Below, in pieces: positions 20,131 through 28,002 of a stretch of DNA of 64,000 nucleotides. Position 1 is the stretch's first letter. Each line of letters begins with the position of its first letter. Source of the stretch: Candidatus Aegiribacteria sp. MLS_C (GTDB lineage Bacteria; Fermentibacterota; Fermentibacteria; Fermentibacterales; JCC-6). Made by a program: the position numbers and the translations under genes. The notes under the pieces were generated by a model, which did no database searches, was not told where the DNA came from, and saw nothing but the letters and a program-made list of their open reading frames with translations. The stretch covers positions 136,676 to 200,675 of the forward strand of contig LQBI01000002.1 in assembly GCA_002030045.1 (NCBI GenBank). The letters are read 5' to 3'.

Positions 20131-20583
20131 CGGGGTCAGTCCGCCGCCTCCATGCTGATGATGTAGACCCTCTGGAAGACTTCCGCAACGGGGTCCCAGG
20201 CGAGGACCCCGTCTTCGACGACAACAATCTCCCAGGATCGTCTCCGGGAGCCTGAGCCGGTCATCCTTGCGCATCCAATGAGCCGGCCCTCCGGTGACCA
20301 GACATCGAAGTGCGTTTCGTACCAGATTCGCGCATCCCCGAGTCTTGCACGGAAAACGTATTAATACTGTCAGTGGGTTGTGAAGGTCTCCAGGACTCCG
20401 GTTCATAACAGATTCAAGCGCGGAAGGGCAGGGGGAAGTATCTCCCAGCTCTTCCGACATTGCCATAGAGTTCTTTAACTTGACCGCTCCAAGGGCCTCG
20501 ATGAAACCGGCCGCTCTTGAGCGGCTGATTCGAATAAAAGTGCCGGGAGGACGTATCCCCCCGACACTTTGTTTTCTTAGAAC
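20131..20583. other. 453-bp ORF-free region between convergent genes, containing a degenerate duplicate of the neighbouring peptidase gene's 3' end and a 7-bp-stem hairpin gccgctc-tt-gagcggc
   Basis: 20462-20530 has ~19/21 nt identity to 20606-20626 (aaaccggccgctcttgagcgg vs aaatcggccgctctgaagcgg). Its reverse-strand translation ...RAAGFIEALGAVKL resembles the T9SS C-terminal tail RAADFAETLRAVKF. Confidence 0.3.
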
Positions 20584-22143
20584 CTAGAACTTTACAGCCC
20601 TGAGAGTCTCGGCAAAATCGGCCGCTCTGAAGCGGACCATATAAACACCAGCGGAAAGGCTTCCGGTATTCCAGTCAATGGTGTGCCTGCCGGCGGCGAC
20701 CTCATCGTTCAGGAGGTTCTGTACCATGTGGCCGCTCATGTCGTATACCAGAACGCAGACCTGTCCGGGGGTATCCAGGTTGAAGCTCACCGTGGACACC
20801 GAGGAAAGAGGGTTGCCGGCGAGGGACAGGCCGCCGGTGGCATTCTCGAAGGAATCGCCATGTTCCCCGATGCCGGTCTGTATAAGGCCGCCCAGATAGT
20901 ACATGTCGCCGCAGGAGTCTGGATCATCGTCCCACTGGGGGTGTTCCTGGCCGGACTGGGCGTAGGTGTCCCAGGCCTTGGCCCTGTCGAAGGCCTCCCA
21001 GAAAGAGACGCAACCGTCGCCGTTCATGTCCGGGTCTCCCGGGAGTGCTCCACCGGGTACACTGGTGGCAGGCGGGGTCGATCCATGCATGGCTCCGGTC
21101 CAGTAGTAGACGTACTCGTCGTACTCCGGGTATGTTGCACCGGCCCAGCTGGATTCGTACCCGCTGGCGGCCGAGGCGAAGGAACTTGGCGCGGAAGCGG
21201 TGCCTGCCATGTGTTCCTCCAGGAACCCTCCGGAGAAGCACTGTTCCATCACTGCGTGGCAGGAGGCGTAGGTCATGCCTGAGACCAGCGTCTGGTAGGT
21301 GTCGTCGTCGAGGGTGCCTCCCCAGAGGTTCAGGTAGACCTCCGGGGGCGAGTTCAGGAGCTTTCCGCTTCCTCCATGGTCGGTGGTGAAGATGAAGAGA
21401 TGATCGTCGGCCCCCACCATGGAGGTTATGTCGGCAAAGCCGTTGTTCACACCCGTAGTCGTGGCGTCGTAGATGATGTCCGAATCGCCGTCATCGTCGA
21501 AGTCAGGGTTGGAGTTCAGTCCTCCCGACTGGTCCGGTGCCGGATTGAGGCCGTCCGCGAAGCAGACGATGATGTGGTCGTCCGGCAGCAGGTAGTCGTG
21601 GGCGAGTACGTTGTAGATGAACTGCACGTCGCCGTAGTAGCGGATGTGGTTGCTGCCCTGGCTTGCGCCACCGGAGATGATGAGTGCGTACATGTGCTCC
21701 GCCTGTGACGGAGTGGACTGCACGTTGGGTTCGAACCATGCAAGGAAGTCCTCGTACTGGCCCCTTCCATCCGACTGACCCGGCAGGCAGGTGCGGACCA
21801 CCCTCATCCTCTGCAGGGCATTCGGGGGAGTGGTCATCCTGACGATCTCCATGCGGCCATGGGCGTCAACGAAGACCCAGCGGCACGGATGCTCCCAGTT
21901 GGCGTAGGCCATGTCGTCCACCAGCACTAGATAGCCGTCCGCGGGGACAGTGACCTCGTAGCTCCAGGAACCCATGACGGTCCCCTCGGTCACGGGATCG
22001 TCCAGCACCATCAGGGACCTTCCGGTGATGTCTCCATCCAGCAGTTCGGTGAACACCAGGTCAGCCGCGGAGTTGGCGCTCTGTACCTGTGCCGCTGCGG
22101 AGAGGGCTGCGATGCAGACCAGCAGAAGCAAAGTTCTTCTCAT
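20584..22143 (-). CDS. Clan CD (gingipain/C25-like) cysteine peptidase with a T9SS C-terminal sorting domain
   Basis: Signal peptide MRRTLLLLVCIAALSAAAQ. His/Cys dyad context (FIFTTDHGGSG ... CHAVMEQCFSGGF). C-terminal Por_Secre_tail-like ...GVYMVRFRAADFAETLRAVKF. Confidence 0.55.
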   Translation of the reverse strand: MRRTLLLLVCIAALSAAAQVQSANSAADLVFTELLDGDITGRSLMVLDDPVTEGTVMGSWSYEVTVPADGYLVLVDDMAYANWEHPCRWVFVDAHGRMEIVRMTTPPNALQRMRVVRTCLPGQSDGRGQYEDFLAWFEPNVQSTPSQAEHMYALIISGGASQGSNHIRYYGDVQFIYNVLAHDYLLPDDHIIVCFADGLNPAPDQSGGLNSNPDFDDDGDSDIIYDATTTGVNNGFADITSMVGADDHLFIFTTDHGGSGKLLNSPPEVYLNLWGGTLDDDTYQTLVSGMTYASCHAVMEQCFSGGFLEEHMAGTASAPSSFASAASGYESSWAGATYPEYDEYVYYWTGAMHGSTPPATSVPGGALPGDPDMNGDGCVSFWEAFDRAKAWDTYAQSGQEHPQWDDDPDSCGDMYYLGGLIQTGIGEHGDSFENATGGLSLAGNPLSSVSTVSFNLDTPGQVCVLVYDMSGHMVQNLLNDEVAAGRHTIDWNTGSLSAGVYMVRFRAADFAETLRAVKF

Positions 22144-22316
22144 TATTCCTCCATCTATATGGTTAAATAGAACAATTAGGTACACTCTAATACATATTAC
22201 ATTGGGGATCGGGTATGGTCAATAGTTGCAAACATTTTATTGCGGTACAGCTCGATAGCAACGATAATATATTTTGAGATAGAACCGTGTGCCTTGCATC
22301 TACTTGGGGACGGGGT

Positions 22317-23696
22317 TCAGGAAGCCAGTTCCCTCATGTTCCTGACTTCTCTGAAGAAGAACGCCGCGGTGACGGCGGCCGCAAGGAAGTCGGCGGAGGG
22401 AAAGGCAACCCATACCCCGGTGAGTGGAGAGGCGAAGACGAGGGGGAGAATAAGTGCGAACGGTATCAGGAACAGCACCTGCCTGGATGTGGACAGGACC
22501 AGTGCCTTGCCGGCCTTGCCCAGTGCCTGGAAGACGCCGGCCCCTATTACCTGGAAGCCCACAAGGGGCATCATCATCACCAGGACCCGAAGGATGCCCG
22601 TGCCCTCCTCGATGAGCCGGGCGTCGCTGCTGAATAAACTTAGCATGAAACCGGGGGCCAGCTGGAAGAGCAGGAAGTAGCTGCCGGTGAGTGCGGTGGC
22701 GGATATCACGGCGTACCTCAGGGCCTTCTTTACCCTGCCGAAGGCCCTTGCGCCGTAGTTGTAGCCCACGATGGGCTGCAGTCCCTGGACGAGGCCGAAC
22801 ACCGGCATCATGGCGAAGGTCATCATCCTGTTCGCCACTCCGAGTACAGCGAGATGCATGGGAAGGCCGTAGTGCATTATGGAGTTGTTCACCACCAGTG
22901 CCATGAGACTTCCACCTACGATCCGCGAGAATGCCGGGGAACCTATCTTCAGTATCTCCCAGGACTGGCGGGATCCGGGGATCAGGTGGCGGCGGTCGAA
23001 CCTGAGGTAGCTCCTGCCGCCGGAGAAGAAGTAGCCCATAATCCATACGAATGCAGAAACCTGGCCTATTACCGTGGCGAGAGCCGCTCCCTGTATCCCC
23101 ATGTCCAGCAGGAATATGAAGACAGGGTCCAGAACTATGTTGACCCCCGCCCCCACGAACATGCTTATCATGGCCACCCTGGCGTTCCCCTCCGACCTGG
23201 CTATGTCGTTGGAACAGACCGAGACGGAGAAGAAGGTGCCTCCCAGCAGGACGGTGGAGAGATAGTCGCGGCCGTAGGGCAGTATTCCTTCACCGGCTCC
23301 GAATAGCCTCAGGACCGGGTCGAGGAACAACAGACCGGACATGGAGATGACGAATCCCAGCACCGCTGCCAGGACGAATGAACCCCCGGCTGTTATACCC
23401 GCCTCCTCGTCCTTTCCCTCTCCCAGTTTTCTGGAGATGATGGAGGCGGCACCTATTCCGACGGTCTTCCCCACTCCGAGGAGGAGCATCTGTATGGGGA
23501 AGCAGACCGCAAGGGCGGCCAGGGCCAGGGTCCCCACGCCCTTACCGACGAATATCGTGTCAACCAGGTTGTACATGGACTGGACCAGCATACCCGTGAT
23601 GGCGGGACCGGAAAGCCTCAGGAGAAGTTTTCCCAGGGACTGTACGCCAAGGAGTTCGGTCCTCTCGGTGGCCGTCAGTTTTGGCCTCTTCATCAC
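22317..23696 (-). CDS. MATE family efflux transporter
   Basis: 12 TM segments. N-terminal LLRLSGPAITGMLVQSMYNLVDTIFVG is typical of the NorM/DinF family. Confidence 0.8.
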   Translation of the reverse strand: MMKRPKLTATERTELLGVQSLGKLLLRLSGPAITGMLVQSMYNLVDTIFVGKGVGTLALAALAVCFPIQMLLLGVGKTVGIGAASIISRKLGEGKDEEAGITAGGSFVLAAVLGFVISMSGLLFLDPVLRLFGAGEGILPYGRDYLSTVLLGGTFFSVSVCSNDIARSEGNARVAMISMFVGAGVNIVLDPVFIFLLDMGIQGAALATVIGQVSAFVWIMGYFFSGGRSYLRFDRRHLIPGSRQSWEILKIGSPAFSRIVGGSLMALVVNNSIMHYGLPMHLAVLGVANRMMTFAMMPVFGLVQGLQPIVGYNYGARAFGRVKKALRYAVISATALTGSYFLLFQLAPGFMLSLFSSDARLIEEGTGILRVLVMMMPLVGFQVIGAGVFQALGKAGKALVLSTSRQVLFLIPFALILPLVFASPLTGVWVAFPSADFLAAAVTAAFFFREVRNMRELAS

Positions 23697-24541
23697 TTCA
23701 GGTTCACCAGCACCAGTGACGCTACCGTGAGCGCCACCGCCACCCTTTCCCTGGTGCGGAGCCTCTCGCCGAAGACCAGGAAGCCGGCAAGGGCGATAAG
23801 AGTTATCGTGGCCGCGCTGTATACAGGAAAGACCACTGCCGTCTTCAGCTGCGAGAGGGAGAGGATGAGGAAGAATGAAGCGAAGTAGTTGGGTATGCCT
23901 ACGATGATGCCTGTTAGCATATGTGAACCCACCGGCTTCCGTCCGGCGAGGACCATCCTGGAAGTGCTTATGAGGAGCGCCCCTGTGAAGACGAAGAAAA
24001 GGAAGAGGTCCTTCATCTCAAGTAGTCCGTACCGCTGGTACACCTTGTTGCTGAACTCGGACAGGCCCACGGTTAGGAACAGGACAAGCAGTACCGGCTG
24101 AAAACCTCGAAGGACCCCCCCGGGCCGTGAAAGATCAAGGTTGGCCAGCAGTATGGATGCCAGTGCCAGGCATATGCCCAGCCACTGGAGGGGGCCCGGT
24201 ATCTCCCGCCACAGCAGTATTGCCAGAAGCATGGGTACCAGCACTCCCATCTTGGAAAAGCTTCCAGCCAGGCCCACTCCGCTCTCCCTCACCGCCTTCT
24301 GCAGGTAGATGAACCCGAGGAAGTAGAGAAGGCCCGAAGGAAGTCCCACCATGGCAGCCCAGCCGGCGCTGCCTGCCGTATCGAAGGTCCCTCCTGTTGA
24401 TATGACATCAGCGACCTGTCCTCTGAATCCCTCGAATGCATTACTCACTGAAACACCTGAAAGACCGCCCCGGATCAGGAAGAACAGGGAGACTCCGGAT
24501 GCGACCAGATAGTTGAAGGTGGTGACGGTGCCGCGGTCCAT
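23693..24541 (-). CDS. Polytopic membrane protein, possibly of the DMT/EamA superfamily
   Basis: About 10 TM helices in two halves. 4-nt overlap with the MATE gene. An in-frame TM-like segment lies upstream with no canonical start codon. Confidence 0.4.
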   Translation of the reverse strand: MDRGTVTTFNYLVASGVSLFFLIRGGLSGVSVSNAFEGFRGQVADVISTGGTFDTAGSAGWAAMVGLPSGLLYFLGFIYLQKAVRESGVGLAGSFSKMGVLVPMLLAILLWREIPGPLQWLGICLALASILLANLDLSRPGGVLRGFQPVLLVLFLTVGLSEFSNKVYQRYGLLEMKDLFLFFVFTGALLISTSRMVLAGRKPVGSHMLTGIIVGIPNYFASFFLILSLSQLKTAVVFPVYSAATITLIALAGFLVFGERLRTRERVAVALTVASLVLVNLK

Positions 24542-24631
24542 GTTTCTGGTCTCGCTGACCTTGAATACCAGAGCTATTGATGTGCTGCAGGCGACGGCCA
24601 GGACAAGGTATAACAGAAACTGACCTCCGGT

Positions 24632-26833
24632 CTATCGGCAGATGGTGAGAAGCCCGGATGCAACGGTACCCCCGGCGTCCGACACCCGTACAATGTAGAT
24701 ACCCGGAGGCAGTGACGAGAGGTCCATTGTGACAGGTCCAGCCATGTCGGTCGGGATACCGGACAGCTGCAGCCTGCCGGCGGTATCGTAAACCTCAGGC
24801 AGGGCCTCCCCAAGTACTTCCATGGAGCCGATACGCAGGAAGTCACTGCAGGGATTCGGCCAGAGGTCAATTCCCGTCCGGACTGCTTCGGGTCGCCCGC
24901 CGCAGGTGCCGGTGCCGGCGGGACTGAAAAGGGCGGCGTCGAATGCTATGTAGTCGCCTGCGGTGCCGGTATGGTCTCCCAGCCGCAGGTATGACCCGCC
25001 GCCCAGTCCGAAGGTACCCAGGGAAACCCATTCATCGCTGTAGAGTCCCTGGTCCAGCAGGATCTCCTCGGTACCGGAGAGAGTCTCGATACTGTACCGG
25101 CCGGTGGCCGTCGACCGGTCCGGAGGAATGTAGACCATGACCTCGTAGTCGCCGGGGAACGGGAGGACCGGGTGCCATTCGGCGAAGCAGGTATCCGGAG
25201 GGGCACCTGTCGAGTATGTCCACCATGACTCACCCTGGTAGCCGCTTCCGGTGAGGTGCCAGTATCGGCAGTCACCGTACTTGTAGAATCCCCCGCAGCA
25301 GTCGTCCACAAGGGTATCGGGCTCAGCCGGTACCTGTGAGCGCGCGTAGAACAGCTGGCTTACGCCGATCTGCACGTGCCCGTTGTTGTATCCCGGCCAG
25401 TCGTAGAGGACATCCTTGCCGTTATAGTAGTTTCCCCAGCCCGATTCGTTGGCGTCTCCGAAGGGATCGTTCACCACGACGGTATGATCATCGTAGTATC
25501 CGTTGAAGAGGATAATGTGACCGTAACCCAGGACGGAGCTGGAACATACTACCGGATGCATGGCATCTATCTCCTGCGTAAGGGTCGCCCAGGAAGTCCC
25601 CGCCCAGGCCGAGTATATCTCATGACGGGACAGGAACTCGACCATCAGGTTCCAGACTGCTGCTCCATCGGGGCAGATGAAGCCATGTGCCCCGGGCACT
25701 AAGACCCCTCCGGGGCTTTCCCCGAGATCGTCGTATGTGTATCCAAGGAATGTGTATTCGACTGGAATGTAGTTGCCCCATAGACTCCAGTGGCCGGGGG
25801 AAGGGTATGACGCCCAGATGGAGTCGGGAGTCAGCATGATATAGTACTGGACGGCCATCATGCACGAAGTGGGGCCGCAGGACCAGCTTCCGTTGAACCA
25901 GTCCGGGGTATCCCATCGCTGGTGCATGTAGACCACGTCGAAGTGCGCTGCAGGATCCACACGGGAGTGCCGGGAACCGATCCGACCTTCCGGCGCGGCA
26001 CCGAACCCCCGCAGGGAGCCGTTCTCCTCCGTCCAGGTATATCCGCCGTTTTTCAGGTACACCGGGTTCGTCATTACCCCGCCGGAACTGATTGTTACGG
26101 CGGTTCCGGTCACCGGGTCCATTTCCCTGACCCTTCCCGAGACGGGGTAAAGGCCGGAGTATTCGAGTTCCGAGTATAGAATGCTTCCGCGTTCCGTCCA
26201 TGAAGACGTGAGCCCCGAGGGCTCCTCTGCGAGAACTTCCCTGTCCGGACCGAAGACAAGGAACCCCCGGGGGGACATCTCGGCCAGGACCATATCATCC
26301 GGTCCCGGTGAAAGCCTGGTGAATACTCTGTCGCGATGGCTGTCGAGTATTGAGATGCCTCCCTCCTCCAGGGTCTGGACGGGCCGCTCCTCCGCGAGGA
26401 CCATGGAAGCGGGGAAACCGTCGATGGCCCATTGACGCAAAGGGTCACCGTACATGTCGATCTCCACCGCCCTGTCCTCCAGGGCGATCAGGAATGAGGA
26501 CCCCCCCGCCGGGAAGGGACCGCTGAAAAAAGCGTTCTCGAACAGCATGGTCCTCTCTCCCGACCGGGAGATGAAGACCACCCTCTGTTCATCTTCAGCG
26601 GGACATTCTTTGAACAGTATGCCTTCCCCCGTGAACACGACGTTCCCGCCTGCCCCCGGTTCCTCCGAAATCACGTCCGCCCCCCCGTCTTCATGAAGAA
26701 TGTACAGACCGCATCGGCGGCCATCGGTGAAAAGGAGCCCCTCCCCTGTATCCGTGATCGGCACCATGGTGCCGGCCGGGTCCGGCAGTACAACAGTCGA
26801 GGCTATTCCGGCGAGGATCAGGAAACCGGTCAT
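24632..26833 (-). CDS. Secreted multidomain protein: N-terminal beta-propeller-like region, C39-like papain-fold cysteine peptidase domain, and a T9SS C-terminal sorting domain
   Basis: Cleavable N-terminal segment. Peptidase_C39-like motif WFNGSWSCGPTSCMMAVQYY with a downstream GYGHIILFNGYYDDHTVVVNDPFGD. C-terminal tail ...LPPGIYIVRVSDAGGTVASGLLTICR. Confidence 0.55.
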   Translation of the reverse strand: MTGFLILAGIASTVVLPDPAGTMVPITDTGEGLLFTDGRRCGLYILHEDGGADVISEEPGAGGNVVFTGEGILFKECPAEDEQRVVFISRSGERTMLFENAFFSGPFPAGGSSFLIALEDRAVEIDMYGDPLRQWAIDGFPASMVLAEERPVQTLEEGGISILDSHRDRVFTRLSPGPDDMVLAEMSPRGFLVFGPDREVLAEEPSGLTSSWTERGSILYSELEYSGLYPVSGRVREMDPVTGTAVTISSGGVMTNPVYLKNGGYTWTEENGSLRGFGAAPEGRIGSRHSRVDPAAHFDVVYMHQRWDTPDWFNGSWSCGPTSCMMAVQYYIMLTPDSIWASYPSPGHWSLWGNYIPVEYTFLGYTYDDLGESPGGVLVPGAHGFICPDGAAVWNLMVEFLSRHEIYSAWAGTSWATLTQEIDAMHPVVCSSSVLGYGHIILFNGYYDDHTVVVNDPFGDANESGWGNYYNGKDVLYDWPGYNNGHVQIGVSQLFYARSQVPAEPDTLVDDCCGGFYKYGDCRYWHLTGSGYQGESWWTYSTGAPPDTCFAEWHPVLPFPGDYEVMVYIPPDRSTATGRYSIETLSGTEEILLDQGLYSDEWVSLGTFGLGGGSYLRLGDHTGTAGDYIAFDAALFSPAGTGTCGGRPEAVRTGIDLWPNPCSDFLRIGSMEVLGEALPEVYDTAGRLQLSGIPTDMAGPVTMDLSSLPPGIYIVRVSDAGGTVASGLLTICR

Positions 26834-27564
26834 CTCTTCACCCCCACAGGGGCGATGTACACGGTGAACTCGTCGGTCCCGTCGAAGCCGAGCAGGCCAT
26901 CCATCATTTCCTGGTCATAGGCTCCGATGGCGCAGGTGCCAAGCCCCGCAGCATCGCAGAGGATATACAGGTTCTGGCAGAGATGACCGGCGTCCAGAGC
27001 TATGACCTTGTGTGAAACCGGTCCGTACCTCCATTCGGTCCGGTACGGGACCGTTGACCAGACGAAAGTGACGGGGCAGCGGCCGCAGAACTCCTGACCG
27101 TGACAGGCATCTATCACCATCTCCGGGTCTATCCTGTCCCCGATACGGGCCAGGGAGTGCTCAAGATGCAGATACCTGTACAGACCCGGTTCGAGACCTT
27201 CCACTTCGTTCACCAGCAGGTAGGTCTCAAAGGGATGCCTCGCTCCTGCGGAAGGCACCGGTCTGAGAGTGGCGACACCATCCCTCACAACCTTCTGCAC
27301 TCCCTGGGTGTACCAGAGAAGAAGGGCAAGCTGATCCAAAGAGAGAGGGAGATCACCGTAGCGCCTGACGCTCCTCCTGCCGTCGAGCACTTCACCAAGC
27401 GGAGTGTCCGGGACGGAGTTCCCGCCGACAGCCGGCAGCTCCACGATCGGCACGCCCTCGGGGACCTCCTTCTGTACCGGAGGGTGCTGTATACCTTTCA
27501 TCTGATCGCTGGCGTACCCTTCAAGCAGGTGCCAGTTGGCCTTCAGGAAATCTCTGCCGTTCAT
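26830..27564 (-). CDS. SagB/ThcOx-family (nitroreductase-fold) dehydrogenase
   Basis: Motifs RRSVRRY, RPVPSAGARHPFETYL, GLYRY, RYGPVSHKVIALDAGHLCQNLYILCDAAGLGTCAIGAYD. The stop codon overlaps the start of the downstream peptidase gene by 4 nt. Confidence 0.7.
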   Translation of the reverse strand: MNGRDFLKANWHLLEGYASDQMKGIQHPPVQKEVPEGVPIVELPAVGGNSVPDTPLGEVLDGRRSVRRYGDLPLSLDQLALLLWYTQGVQKVVRDGVATLRPVPSAGARHPFETYLLVNEVEGLEPGLYRYLHLEHSLARIGDRIDPEMVIDACHGQEFCGRCPVTFVWSTVPYRTEWRYGPVSHKVIALDAGHLCQNLYILCDAAGLGTCAIGAYDQEMMDGLLGFDGTDEFTVYIAPVGVKR

Positions 27565-27587
27565 GCTCGGGTCCTTCCAGGTGACTT

Positions 27588-27629
27588 CCCGCCGGGGTCG
27601 TCCCGCCGGGGTCGTCCCGCCGGGGTCGT
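27588..27629. repeat. Three perfect tandem copies of the 14-bp unit cccgccggggtcgt
   Basis: Seen directly, 24 bp upstream of the SagB-like start codon. The third copy merges into the left arm of the inverted repeat. Confidence 0.85.
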
Positions 27630-27812
27630 ACGTTACTTCGGGTCACTTGTGAGTGATACATCCTGGTAATAATGCTTAATCATAACACTATACCATTCTG
27701 ATTGGTTTTCACTGAAAACAGACCGAAAGAAATAAACCGCGTTCTGGTAGATTGGAGCAGAAAAACATATAGCGTATATCTGCCAAGTGACCCGAAGTAA
27801 CGTACGACCCCG
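27621..27812. repeat. Perfect 29-bp inverted repeat (cggggtcgtacgttacttcgggtcacttg ... caagtgacccgaagtaacgtacgaccccg) flanking a 134-bp AT-rich spacer, directly abutting the 3' end of tRNA-Glu
   Basis: Arms at 27621-27649 and 27784-27812 are exact reverse complements. The spacer is ~30% GC. Possible MITE-like element, integration scar or regulatory structure. Confidence 0.8.
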
Positions 27813-27820
27813 CAAAGGAA

Positions 27821-27897
27821 TGGCGCTCCCACGGGGAATCGAACCCCGGTTTCCGGCGTGAGAGGCCAGCGTCCTGACCGCTAGACGATGGGAGCGC
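27821..27897 (-). tRNA. tRNA-Glu (anticodon CUC), CCA encoded
   Basis: The reverse complement gives GCGCTCCCATCGTCTAGCGGTCAGGACGCTGGCCTCTCACGCCGGAAACCGGGGTTCGATTCCCCGTGGGAGCGCCA. It has a 7-bp acceptor stem, a TPsiC GTTCGATTC box, and anticodon loop CUCUCAC. Confidence 0.8.
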
Positions 27898-28002
27898 GTT
27901 CTTTTCAGGGCGCAAATATCGAATATGGAATGCCTTCAGTCAAGTGTAGCCCGCGCCATGACTGTAGCGCACGCCAGGACCTCCCGTGTACCTCAGATGA
28001 AC

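Noticed and set aside
26830-27564. Calling the locus a TOMM/thiazole-oxazole RiPP biosynthetic cluster
   Set aside because: Only the SagB-like dehydrogenase and a C39-like peptidase are present. No YcaO/cyclodehydratase, E1-like partner or precursor peptide was found in the window, so the call is left as a finding rather than a feature.
27588-27629. Possible CRISPR array
   Set aside because: Only three 14-bp units are present. They are directly tandem with no spacers, and no cas genes lie nearby.
27633-27815. 60-aa ORF lying entirely within the inverted-repeat element, which could have been a RiPP precursor for the SagB-like enzyme
   Set aside because: Its ends are encoded by the two palindromic arms, and its composition simply mirrors the AT-rich spacer (F/Y/I/N-rich). 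There is no Cys/Ser/Thr-rich core and no ribosome-binding site.
27565-27900. Integrated prophage or genomic island at tRNA-Glu
   Set aside because: No integrase, transposase or phage genes flank the tRNA. The neighbours are gltX and ordinary metabolic or secreted-protein genes.
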